This document shows, piece after piece, positions 44,567 through 53,400 of a stretch of DNA of 64,000 nucleotides. The stretch comes from Desulfatiglandales bacterium. GTDB taxonomy: Bacteria; Desulfobacterota; DSM-4660; Desulfatiglandales; HGW-15. The DNA is taken from the NCBI GenBank assembly GCA_963667015.2, contig CAXXJJ010000004.1:4064001-4128000 (forward strand), given 5' to 3'. Under the pieces are notes generated by a model. That model ran no database searches and was not told the origin of the DNA. It saw nothing but the letters and a program-made list of their open reading frames with translations. The translations under genes were made by a program, and so were the position numbers. Each line of letters starts with the position of its first letter. The first letter of the stretch is position 1.

Positions 44567-44600
44567 AACCGGCTCTAGACCGGTTAATAACATGTTACAT
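44567..44600 (+). other. attI-like site at the head of the cassette array
   Basis: GGTTAAT-N5-G|TTACAT; GTTACAT (44594) complements the first R'' ATGTAAC (45144); no upstream AAC R'' box. Confidence 0.55.
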
Positions 44601-44651
44601 TTTTAAATCTTATTATAAAACTCAATCAATTCATATACTGTATAAATAAAA

Positions 44652-44984
44652 TCACTTCAATTTTCCATTTTTGCCGTAAGTTATTTTTTTGGTATTTGAT
44701 ATCTCGCTTTTTAAAATAGATTCCATAATTTTTGCGGACTCAGGATCTTTTTTTAACTCTTTAGCTATCTTTAAAGCTTTCTCCGAAATATCTAGTGTGT
44801 CACTCTGAATTAGAAGTTCTTTATGTTTTAAATCGAGCTCATCGGATTTTGTTTTTATCCTTGCTTGCTCAACTAATTCAGCCTTTATTGATTTCTCTTC
44901 TGGAGATTCAATTTTTTTTAAAATGAAATCAAGTATTTTGGCTCCAGCTGGTGCTAAAATTTTTGAAATCATGATCCGATCCAT
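44652..44984 (-). CDS. Cassette 1: hypothetical protein in reverse orientation
   Basis: Only ORF between GTTACAT (44594) and ATGTAAC (45144). Confidence 0.55.
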   Translation of the reverse strand: MDRIMISKILAPAGAKILDFILKKIESPEEKSIKAELVEQARIKTKSDELDLKHKELLIQSDTLDISEKALKIAKELKKDPESAKIMESILKSEISNTKKITYGKNGKLK

Positions 44985-45143
44985 TAATTAGTATTATTAT
45001 ATTAGCATTATTAGAATCCGCCTATATTTATTATCGGCTTTTTGTTATATAAACATAAATTTTAATTTTTATCAGACGGTCCTTATTAAAATATGAAAAC
45101 TCCCTAGAATTATTTATAAAATTATAGTTTCGTTTAAATTTAA

Positions 45144-45272
45144 ATGTAACATTGCATTCAAGAGCGACTGTGCTATTTTTTTGCTATTTTTAAAGGTCTG
45201 GTATTAAGCAATCTTTCTAGGCATCAATAAGTACATTGGTTTGCACCGCACGGCCTGTAATGCTTTTCGTTA
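45144..45272 (+). repeat. attC1 (R' interrupted by intron copy 1)
   Basis: ATGTAAC-attgc-ATTCAAGA ... CTGTAAT-gcttttc-GTTA^. Confidence 0.8.
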
Positions 45273-47228
45273 GTGCGCCAAGCGCAGCTTGGTGCTTCTT
45301 ATAGAGTGACCTGTCACACTCAAGTAGTAAGGTATGACAGGAAGTCTTTATCGGGCAAAGCCTAGCCAGCAGCCCGTACCGAGTGTTGCGTGATTGGGAA
45401 GGATAGGCAGTATTATGATGCTGAACGACTCACACGAAGCGTACACAGGGAACACTATAGGCCGCAGGGAGGACGTACCCTCCTTAAGCAATTCAGCCCC
45501 GTTAGTTGCAATAGAGCAGTTGGCGACAGCCTTAACGAGTTGGAAGCCTGAATAATTGAATCGCAATGGCAAGATTCATGAGAGGCTGCCGGGGTCCGAG
45601 AGCGTGGCATGTAGTGAGAGAAGCATCAGGAACTTGGGAGACCCTTAACGTCTCCTCCTTTAGAGAGGTAGGGAGTTACAACCAAAAGAAGGACAACCGA
45701 AGGACTTAAGGGAGTCAGATCATCTCATAGTACTCTGAGACGGTAGGGCCGATCACAGGAGCCTGCTTGGCAGGCCGGGGAAGGGGATGACGGTATTACG
45801 CAGTCCGCAAAGGAAACATATGCAGATAAGAAAGGCTGAACAACATATGCAAACCTCACTGCGGGGAATAGCAAAGAAAGCGAAGGAAGATCCTAAACAC
45901 AAGTTCGGAAACCTCTACAGTCTCCTGAACGAGAGAAACCTAAAATGGAGCTTTCCTCAGCTAAACAGGAAAGCTGCCCCCGGAATAGATGACGTTGACT
46001 ATAAAGAATTCAAATCCAATCTGGATGAGAATATCAGGAATATAGTCATGGATTTGAAGGGTAAGAGGTATAAGGCAAAGCTTGTACGTCGTCGTTATAT
46101 ACCCAAATCCGGGGGAAGAAGACCTCTGGGGATACCTGTTGTAGGAGACAAGACATTACAAACGGCAGCAGCCTCGATACTATCAGCAATATATGAGGCA
46201 GATTTTATGCCGTTCAGTCATGGATACCGGAGAGGAAGAGGACCTCAGAAAGCGGCATTGAAACTAAGTGAACTGATCCACAGAGGAAAGTTCCGGTGGA
46301 TAGTTGATGCTGATATCAAGGGGTTCTTTGACAATCTAAATCATGACTGGCTGATCCGCATGTTGTCTGAGCGAATCAAAGATAAATCATTTCTTGGACT
46401 AATAAGGAAATGGTTAAAGGCAGGGATACTGGAGGAAGATGGTCAGGTGATATATCCTGTAACCGGAACTCCACAGGGCGGCACAGTATCGGCAGTTCTT
46501 GCAAATATTTATCTTCATTATGCGCTGGATATATGGTTTGAGAAAGTAGTAAAGTCACGGTGCGATGGAGATGTAATACTGATGAGATATGCTGATGATT
46601 TTGTTGTCTGTTTTCAGTATCACCGGGATGCTCGAAGATTTTATAATGAACTGGGCGGAAGGCTCGGAAAGTTTGGTCTTGAGTTATCACAGGAAAAGAC
46701 AAGAATGATTGAATTTACAAGGTTTATAACCGAAGGGAGTAATGTATTTACCTTTCTGGGTTTTGAATACCGCTGGGGCGTGAGCAGGAAAGGAAAGCCT
46801 TTAGTAAAGATGCGAACGTCAAAGGGTAAATTCAAGGCAGCAATAGCCAACTTCTTATCCTGGATCAAGAAAGAGCGCAGTAAGCTTGGAACAAGGGCAT
46901 TGTTCGTGAAGATGAGGCAGAAACTGCAGGGACACTTTAACTACTATGGAGTAAGTGGCAATATTGAAATGCTTATGAAATATTACCATGAAGCCTTGGA
47001 GATAATGTTTAAGTGGCTGAACCGCAGGAGCCAACGGAAAAGCTGTACGTTTAAAAGGTTCATAGGGATGGTTGAATATTTTAAAATACCCCGTCCCCGA
47101 ATAATAGGATATTGGGATTAACCGATCGCTTTTGTACGAAGCGAGTAATACTGAGGAGCCTTGTGCGGGAAAACCGCACGCAGGGATCTGCGAGGGGACG
47201 GTCAGGTAACTGGCCGTTCTACCTTGAT
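45273..47228 (+). mobile_element. Group II intron, copy 1 (1,956 bp; AGC triad, class E-like)
   Basis: 5' GTGCG; domain V GAGCCTTGTGCGGGAAAACCGCACGCAGGGATCT; domain VI with bulged A ending CCTTGAT; ends defined by comparing the two copies. Confidence 0.93.
45847..47121 (+). CDS. ltrA: Group II intron reverse transcriptase/maturase without an endonuclease domain
   Basis: AAPGID, IPK...RPLGIP, DADIKGFFD, GTPQGG, YADD and domain X GHFNYYG; probable start MQTSL. Confidence 0.93.
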   Translation: MQTSLRGIAKKAKEDPKHKFGNLYSLLNERNLKWSFPQLNRKAAPGIDDVDYKEFKSNLDENIRNIVMDLKGKRYKAKLVRRRYIPKSGGRRPLGIPVVGDKTLQTAAASILSAIYEADFMPFSHGYRRGRGPQKAALKLSELIHRGKFRWIVDADIKGFFDNLNHDWLIRMLSERIKDKSFLGLIRKWLKAGILEEDGQVIYPVTGTPQGGTVSAVLANIYLHYALDIWFEKVVKSRCDGDVILMRYADDFVVCFQYHRDARRFYNELGGRLGKFGLELSQEKTRMIEFTRFITEGSNVFTFLGFEYRWGVSRKGKPLVKMRTSKGKFKAAIANFLSWIKKERSKLGTRALFVKMRQKLQGHFNYYGVSGNIEMLMKYYHEALEIMFKWLNRRSQRKSCTFKRFIGMVEYFKIPRPRIIGYWD

Positions 47229-47244
47229 GCCAAGGATGATGAAC

Positions 47245-47583
47245 ATGAAAATATTTACTGAAAGCCCATATCAGCATGTCATTGAATTCATCGATGTGGC
47301 AGTAAACTCAGATGAATTAATGAAGTGGCTCAGCAACTTAGAAACATTACCTGACAATCTTCGCAGTGATCATCTTGCACGAATGAAATCTAAAATGTTA
47401 TCAAACAAGGAGTCGGAAAAAATAATTGATATTGTTGAATCAATAAATAACCGTGAGATATTATCTGCTGCTAATTTAGTTATAAAGGATGTACATAGCT
47501 CAGGAATGAAGACAAAGAAATATCTTAAAAAAAATAACAACGAAAACTTCAATGTGCTTATAAGTCTGATGGCTTCGATTTAA
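47245..47583 (+). CDS. Cassette 2: hypothetical protein
   Basis: SD AAGGA just after the intron 3' end; the tracked start lies inside the intron. Confidence 0.65.
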   Translation: MKIFTESPYQHVIEFIDVAVNSDELMKWLSNLETLPDNLRSDHLARMKSKMLSNKESEKIIDIVESINNREILSAANLVIKDVHSSGMKTKKYLKKNNNENFNVLISLMASI

Positions 47584-47598
47584 TCATGGTAATATTTT

Positions 47599-47729
47599 GG
47601 CTAACAATGGTATCTACTAAGACCGGGCTAATATCTTGCCAGATCGAGCTTCGTACAATTAAATCATTATTTACATTTGCAAATGTTTTTCAAATTAATC
47701 CGCCCGGCTTGTAATACCTGGCGTTAGAA
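47599..47729 (+). repeat. attC2
   Basis: GGCTAAC ... ACTAAGACCGGGC / GCCCGGCTTGT ... GTTAGAA. Confidence 0.88.
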
Positions 47730-47736
47730 AGATTTA

Positions 47737-48192
47737 ATGATGAATAATTACACTATAACCAGTAAATTTTTTCTCTATGGTACAAGGATTACAGCTCCTG
47801 TTATTTCCTTTTTCTTAACTTTTTCTCAGGTTCTACTCATCCTCTTTTTTTTCGATAGTATCAGTGATAAAAATCTTAATGGTACATTTGGTATTATTTT
47901 AGTTTTTTCACTTTTGACTCTTTTAAATTACCATATAATTTCAATAATATTTCGATCCAGGCATATTTGCATGAATTCCGATGGTTTCTATTTCAATAAT
48001 ACAACTATCCCATGGCATGGTATTTCCAAAATTACTCTTCATCCCCAATATTTTACATTGGCATATTATAAAGATAGGAAAATTAAAAAAGTTATTGGGC
48101 ATTGGGCTCTGTTTGCTGGTCAGTCTAAAAATTTAATACACTATAAAGCTCATGAACATAATATTACACTAAAAAGAAAATTTATTTTCTAA
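47737..48192 (+). CDS. Cassette 3: membrane protein
   Basis: Two TM segments and a soluble tail; the stop codon lies in R'' TTCTAAC. Confidence 0.7.
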   Translation: MMNNYTITSKFFLYGTRITAPVISFFLTFSQVLLILFFFDSISDKNLNGTFGIILVFSLLTLLNYHIISIIFRSRHICMNSDGFYFNNTTIPWHGISKITLHPQYFTLAYYKDRKIKKVIGHWALFAGQSKNLIHYKAHEHNITLKRKFIF

Positions 48193-48251
48193 CCAACAAA
48201 ATCAACGTGACCGGCGGAAAAGCTCGCCGGCTCGTTATTTAGGCGTTAACT
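48187..48251 (+). repeat. attC3 (65 bp)
   Basis: TTCTAAC ... AATCAACGTGACCGGCG-GAAAGCT-CGCCGGCTCGTTATT ... GTTAACT. Confidence 0.9.
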
Positions 48252-48277
48252 GTTTCAATGAATAAACAAAGCTACCT

Positions 48278-48688
48278 ATGATAAATATAATTGCGGCCAT
48301 TATAGAAAAAGATGGGAAGTATTTACTTTCAAAGCGTTCAACAGAATTAAAGAACTATCCTGGGTATTGGTCTCCTATTTGTGGTCAAGTTGAAAAAGGT
48401 GAATCGCAAGAAGACGCTGTGGAGAGAGAATCGAAAGAAGAAGTAAATCTTGATATAAAGGCAAAAGACAAGATTTGTGAATATGTAACAAACGATAATT
48501 CAGGAAAATTACACTGGTGGTCAACTGAAATACTATCGGGAGAAGCAAAAGTCGTTTCTGATGAACTTGCTGAAATTAGATGGGTAACAATTCAAGAAAT
48601 GAAGAGAATGCACCAGATGAATAAGGAAGATTGTAAAGTATTTGAGACTTATAATTCTAAAAAGTGCATGATACTAAAACACAGTTAA
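48278..48688 (+). CDS. Cassette 4: NUDIX hydrolase
   Basis: GQVEKGESQEDAVERESKEEVN Nudix box; the stop codon lies in R''. Confidence 0.88.
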   Translation: MINIIAAIIEKDGKYLLSKRSTELKNYPGYWSPICGQVEKGESQEDAVERESKEEVNLDIKAKDKICEYVTNDNSGKLHWWSTEILSGEAKVVSDELAEIRWVTIQEMKRMHQMNKEDCKVFETYNSKKCMILKHS

Positions 48689-48809
48689 CCATTCATTCAA
48701 CGTGACGTGCTTACTATCTTGCCAAATCGGTCTTTAAAGGTTCGCAACATTCAATCTTCTAAGATTCTTTATTGGCAGGAATCGCACGCTCGTTAATTCT
48801 ACGTTAACT
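48683..48809 (+). repeat. attC4
   Basis: AGTTAAC-cattc-ATTCAACGTGACGTGC ... GCACGCTCGTTAAT-tctac-GTTAACT. Confidence 0.92.
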
Positions 48810-48826
48810 CAAAACGAAAGAAGAAC

Positions 48827-49534
48827 ATGAAATCACAAAATGAAATCAATAGAATATCAAAAAGATTTGAAATAGCCCTTTCAAACTTTGGAAGAAGTTG
48901 TATCGATCTACAAGCCAATGAGAAAGCTTTCCAAGCTTGGTTTTCGGCATGTATCATCCAAGAATTTGGCTTGTCACGTGTTTATAGGGAGATACATCTA
49001 AGGAAATCTGATTTATTTAATTTGTCTCATCCTAATAAGCTAACAAAGGCTTTAGAAAAAGGTAACGAATTATTCCCTGATATTTCAGTTTCGTGATTAC
49101 CTGATATTGATGCAAGACATTCGAGTACTAGAGTAAATGATCTGAGAAAAGCAGGAGCATTACTTTGCGAGTTCGCTATAATCTCAGAGCTCAAAATAAC
49201 TGGCAGCACTCTGCACCCAACGCCTCCAAAGGCAATAATATCAGATGTATCCAAACTTTTAATTTTTTCGGAAGCACATAGCAAATTTTTAAAGCAAAAC
49301 AAGAAACAAAATAAACTAAAATGCTATATGGTTATCTTTGATAATTCTATAAATTCAAACGGTTCATTCAAAAGGTCATATTCAAAAGATAAAATTGATA
49401 AAATCCTAAAGGAACCTCTTTCTTTTTGGCCGAGTAATGTAGCAAAGCCTGACTTGGCTTTGATATCACCAGGTGATAATTCTGCTAATCTTTCAATATT
49501 GAGAGATCTTTCAAATTGGGTTGACTTTCAATAG
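48827..49534 (+). pseudogene. Cassette 5: PD-(D/E)xK-like protein interrupted by one in-frame TGA (49094-49096)
   Basis: The frame stays open after the TGA to TAG 49534, joining two tracked ORFs into 235 codons; NE..FQ, PDIS and ELK motifs. Confidence 0.7.
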
Positions 49535-49538
49535 ACTG

Positions 49539-49624
49539 AGTTAACAATCAGCTACACCAGACCCCGGAGGGTTCCTTGCTTGATAAGGCAAATCACGGCG
49601 GGGCTGGTGAGCAAAACGTTGTGC
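49539..49624 (+). repeat. attC5
   Basis: AGTTAAC-aatca-GCTACACCAGACCCCG ... CGGGGCTGGTGAGC-aaaac-GTTGTGC. Confidence 0.9.
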
Positions 49625-49668
49625 TTCTTTATCATAAATCTTGGGCTCTGGTTATCATGGAGATTTAA

Positions 49669-50091
49669 ATGTTAAAAAATATAATTTTATTCTTGATATT
49701 TATAACGAGCAGTACATATGCAATAGAATCTCGAAAATATAATTTTAATTTGCATAATGTTAATAAAATTATCATTGGGACATATCAGAAAATAGTTATA
49801 ACTAGACCTGAAGAGATTAAGTTCATAATAAATGAGCTAAGTGATATTAAAGAACCTGTTGGAATTGATACAATTACTCATTATAATGTCTTCTTTTATG
49901 AAGATGATAAAGAAATACTTGTATTGGGACTGTATATGGATTTTAGTTACCCCGGATCTAGTTTCATCAGGCATCATACAAAGGATAATGAGAATTGTGC
50001 GGTATGTGACTATTTAATAAGTAGATCATTTTTTGATTTTTTGAAAAGTAAACTGCGAAATCAAACCAAAGTGGATACCCCATTAGAGTAA
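49669..50091 (+). CDS. Cassette 6: exported hypothetical protein
   Basis: SD GGAG and a signal peptide; the cassette closes at R'' GCACAAC (50122). Confidence 0.7.
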   Translation: MLKNIILFLIFITSSTYAIESRKYNFNLHNVNKIIIGTYQKIVITRPEEIKFIINELSDIKEPVGIDTITHYNVFFYEDDKEILVLGLYMDFSYPGSSFIRHHTKDNENCAVCDYLISRSFFDFLKSKLRNQTKVDTPLE

Positions 50092-50367
50092 CCGCTTAGA
50101 GACTACATTAAAAATAATAATGCACAACGAATAAGGATAGATTGTGCGGAGCCACAATCTTATCCAATGGTTGAACAAGCCCGTGTCTATATAAAGAAAA
50201 TATATATATCCGAGAAGCTGACAGGTAATGGAACTTAAAGTATAGCGGAAAGCAAAAGGCAGACCGGTACGCTGACCTTAAAAAAGGCCTTTAAAGTGAT
50301 TGTAATCTTCATAAACAAAGCTACCTCCGTGTTATAAAAGCAAGAGGGGCAATTTCCAGATTAAGGT

Positions 50368-51414
50368 CTATTCCGAGTTGCAAACAGGCTTTCTAAACTT
50401 AACAATAGTCATCAGCGACTTACAATGGCTGCATTTAAAAGCAGGCCTTGGACGTATCGGGATTTTATCAATAACGACTCTCAATATTACCTGAATCAGA
50501 GAACGTATTTTCTTAGCATTACTGTGAAGGAAGCCATAATCCCTGACTCTCCTGAAGCCTTTGGGAAGTACATGTTGCAGTAGAAGTTTAATAAAATCTT
50601 CCCCATCCATTGTGCGGTATTTTACAATCTTATTGTTATCAATATACTTAAAGGTTATCTTTCCATCCCGGTTTGCAATGATATTTTTTTCGCTGATAAC
50701 GCCACGGTATAAATACCGGGCAAGATACTTGAGGGCAGTAATGCCTGCTCCAACATGTTCGCAGTCAGCCACCCATTTTTTGGGTGCATTTTTAGGGATG
50801 GAAAAGCCGGCATTATTTAGCTCATGTAAAAAGCGGGCGCGGAAAACTTTAGCCATGGCTTTTTCATTAAAGAGGTATTTGCCTTTTTTCTTTTTCCATT
50901 GTTTGGATTTTTTATCCACTCCACCTGCCGGAATGATGACATGAACATGTGGATGATAATCCAGATTTCTGTTATTAGTATGCAGAACAATGGTCATACC
51001 GACTTTAGCCCCCAGTTTTTTTGGGTTAGCAGCAAAATCCTTTAGAGTGGATGCTGCACAGGAGAATAAAAAGGGGTATATCTCTTTTTGATGGTGCATG
51101 GCTAAAGGCCTGAAAGAATATGGCAGTGTGAAGGTAACCATAAAATAAGGTGCAGGCAGCAGCTTTTGCTGTTGTCGGTCAAGCCACCTGCTGGTTTCAT
51201 GGTTCTGGCATTTAGGACAACTTCGGTGACCACAGGACATGGGGTTCCATTGGGAATGTCCGCACTGGTTGCAGATTGTATATACTTCTCCGGAATCAGG
51301 AGTTCTGCATCTACGAATGGCATTAAGTGCGCTTAAATGTCCTGGTAGTAGGGTACTGGAATGTTTAGCCATAAATGAGTCGTAATATTGGTTGATGATA
51401 GATGCCAGTTCCAT
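50368..51414 (-). CDS. IS91-family rolling-circle transposase
   Basis: Zn motif CRT...C..C...SCGHRSCPKCQ, FTLP, HUH motif HPHVH, YLARY and HVLPKGFRRVRDYG. Confidence 0.92.
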   Translation of the reverse strand: MELASIINQYYDSFMAKHSSTLLPGHLSALNAIRRCRTPDSGEVYTICNQCGHSQWNPMSCGHRSCPKCQNHETSRWLDRQQQKLLPAPYFMVTFTLPYSFRPLAMHHQKEIYPFLFSCAASTLKDFAANPKKLGAKVGMTIVLHTNNRNLDYHPHVHVIIPAGGVDKKSKQWKKKKGKYLFNEKAMAKVFRARFLHELNNAGFSIPKNAPKKWVADCEHVGAGITALKYLARYLYRGVISEKNIIANRDGKITFKYIDNNKIVKYRTMDGEDFIKLLLQHVLPKGFRRVRDYGFLHSNAKKIRSLIQVILRVVIDKIPIRPRPAFKCSHCKSLMTIVKFRKPVCNSE

Positions 51415-51416
51415 GA

Positions 51417-52321
51417 TTACACCTTCTTCAAATCAACATGAATGGAGTTGATCAGCTCATTGATTTTAACAAGACTGTCATTCTCGGTAATATCTGTCAG
51501 GTGAGCATAGCGAGCGGTAGTTTCAGGGGTGGCATGCCCGAGTATAGCCTGGATATGTCTGAGACTCAGGCCGCGCTCAAGCAGGTGTGTTGCGAAGCTG
51601 TGACGAAGGGAATGGATATGGACTTTTTTTTAATGCCGCATTCCTTAACAACTACCTGCATAGCCTTCTGAGTTCCGCCTGTGTCCATGTGATTAGTTGC
51701 CTGTTGGATTTTATCAGGAGAGCCCGTGGCATTAGGGAAAAGCCATACAGGGTTTTTGTGTTTTGACCATAACTCACGCAGAGCTTCTAAGGTAAGATCC
51801 GGCAATGGAACTAAACGGTCTTTATGACCTTTACCACGCCGGATATGGACCTTCTTTCTTTCAGCATCGATATCGCTGGTTTGAAGATGTAATGCTTCCT
51901 GCAAACGAAGTCCCATGGAATATGTAGTCAGTAGAAAAACCCTGTATCGGAGTTTTCTTGTTGCACCTATTATGCGCTCTATTTCACCGGGTGTAAGAAT
52001 ATCAGGCAGGGTATATACTTTGGGAGGCTTAATAATATCTATCCACTCCCATTTTTTCTGGACAACGTGTTTCCAGAAGAACTGAAGTCCAAGACGGTCC
52101 AATTTGACAGTGCTCCAGGAATGAGAATCAACCAGGTCAGAAAAATACTGTTCAAGTTGGTCCGGGGTAAGCTGATCAGGACAGCAGTCAAAATGCTCTT
52201 TTATCCGGCGCACCGCCCTTGAATAGGCATCAATAGTGCTTTGACTTTTACCCTGAAGTTTGAGTATTCTTAGGTGTCTTTCATAAAGGTCATTAAATCT
52301 TTCTGTTTCTTTTTTGTTCAT
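51417..52321 (-). CDS. Tyrosine recombinase requiring a -1 frameshift at A_AAA_AAG (51623-51629)
   Basis: 0 frame has YSMGLR and GKGHKDR; -1 frame has [16 protein letters not shown] and TARY, with its stop 2 nt before the transposase ATG. Confidence 0.85.
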
Positions 52322-52414
52322 AGTGTATCTCCTTTTATTATTTTTTGTGCCCTGAATTGAGCATACATCAGGAGCATACACTATTTATTATTTTTCTGCC
52401 GCGCAAGCGGCTTC

Positions 52415-52486
52415 GTTCAACATGGCGTTCTATTCGGAATTGTGCTCCGCCTTGCTCCGCACAATCCGGTATACTTTTCGTTAAAG
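52415..52486 (+). repeat. attC6 body (right of the IS91-like element)
   Basis: GTTCAAC-atggc ... CGGAATTGTGC / GCACAATCCG ... ttttc-GTTAAAG. Confidence 0.8.
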
Positions 52487-52496
52487 GGTCAGTAAA

Positions 52497-52808
52497 ATGG
52501 ACAAAAGTGGAACTAAAAATTATAGAAGGAAAAGCGCATGGTTTTATTTAGCATTATTTCTTTTCCTAGCTGGTAATTCATTTGCTACTGCATTTGCATC
52601 GCATAGTTTTTCACATATTTTAATAGGCATCGGCTTTGCTATTTTTGGATTTACCTATTTCAAAAATCCTATAAAGTTGAATAAGCCAGTTACTGAAATT
52701 ATCACAGATCATGAAGTTGGTGTCACCAAAGAAAATTTACTTTTAGACTTTATTGCTATCGTTCTTATTATAGTAGGCCATTTACTTCATTGGACAATTG
52801 ACCTTTAA
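52497..52808 (+). CDS. Cassette 7: small membrane protein
   Basis: Three hydrophobic segments; the stop codon lies in R'' CTTTAAC. Confidence 0.65.
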   Translation: MDKSGTKNYRRKSAWFYLALFLFLAGNSFATAFASHSFSHILIGIGFAIFGFTYFKNPIKLNKPVTEIITDHEVGVTKENLLLDFIAIVLIIVGHLLHWTIDL

Positions 52809-52928
52809 CACGTTCAAGGTGACCTGGCTACTATATCGCTGAGCAGGCACAGTCAATATTAACAAGCATCTTAGGAGTATGGAGCTAGTAAACATAAGGC
52901 CGCTAGGCTCCTTAACTTCACGTTATAC
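52803..52928 (+). repeat. attC7
   Basis: CTTTAAC ... GTTCAAGGTGACCTGGC / GCTAGGCTCCTTAAC ... GTTATAC. Confidence 0.85.
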
Positions 52929-52938
52929 GCGAACCAAC

Positions 52939-53400
52939 ATGAAAGATAGTTCTAATATGAATACTCAAGAATTTGTGAGAGAAAGAGTTTCAAAATATTA
53001 TTGGAAAGACGATATTAATTGTGCGGAGACAACTCTAAAGGTGCTGTCTGAGCACTTTAATGTTGGATTAAACGAAGATGTATTTCAATCTTGTTGCGGA
53101 CTTCCTGGTGCAGGGCAATGTGGCGCTCTATGTGGGATAGTATCTGGCACCATTATGTTTTTAGGTATTTCAGGTAATAGAAATAAATTTCAATCCAAGC
53201 TGATATCTGAATATTGTAAAAGATTCACAAATGATTTTAAGAGTAAGTTTAAAAGCGTTCAATGCGGTGTGCTAAGACCTGAAGGATTTCACCCTGACAA
53301 TCCACCTCACATTTGTGAACGTCTGACTTGTGATGCCTTGGAATTATCTATAAGTCTGTTATCAAAGTTTTATAGTATTCAAGACTATGAAAGCGTATAA
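52939..53400 (+). CDS. Cassette 8: C_GCAxxG_C_C family putative redox protein
   Basis: NCAET, LCGIVSG, F.S.QC..L and C motifs; the tracked start lies inside attC7. Confidence 0.8.
   Translation: MKDSSNMNTQEFVRERVSKYYWKDDINCAETTLKVLSEHFNVGLNEDVFQSCCGLPGAGQCGALCGIVSGTIMFLGISGNRNKFQSKLISEYCKRFTNDFKSKFKSVQCGVLRPEGFHPDNPPHICERLTCDALELSISLLSKFYSIQDYESV

Larger units (their letters stand above)
50128..52420 (-). mobile_element. IS91-like element (tyrosine recombinase plus HUH/Y2 transposase) inserted in the R'' core of attC6
   Basis: Inverted ends GTTGAACAAGCC (50170) and GGCTTCGTTCAAC (52409-52421); removing it restores GCACAAC-atggc-...-GTTAAAG. Confidence 0.8.

Noticed and set aside
45031..45064. 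sigma28 promoter for the cassette 1 gene (GCCGATAA on the minus strand)
   Set aside because: No TAAA -35 element at 15-16 nt spacing.
45348..45572. 74-aa antisense ORFs in both introns and other short antisense ORFs over long genes
   Set aside because: They overlap structured RNA or well-supported genes and have no recognisable motifs.
45787..47121. RT as a retron, DGR, Abi or CRISPR-associated RT
   Set aside because: It has domain X and sits inside a full ribozyme (GTGCG start, domains V and VI); no template/variable repeat pair, msr-msd or cas genes were seen.
47161..47244. N-terminal extensions of tracked ORFs 47161, 52879, 60946, 6593 and 32371
   Set aside because: They run through intron, attC, intergenic or upstream-gene sequence; downstream ATGs fit better.
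49094..49130. Selenocysteine at the cassette 5 TGA
   Set aside because: No redox Cys context and no convincing G-loop SECIS hairpin, unlike the site at 63517.
51417..52321. Tyrosine recombinase as the array's intI
   Set aside because: It is mid-array, coupled to an IS91 transposase and lacks the IntI-specific insertion; activity on attC remains an untested possibility.
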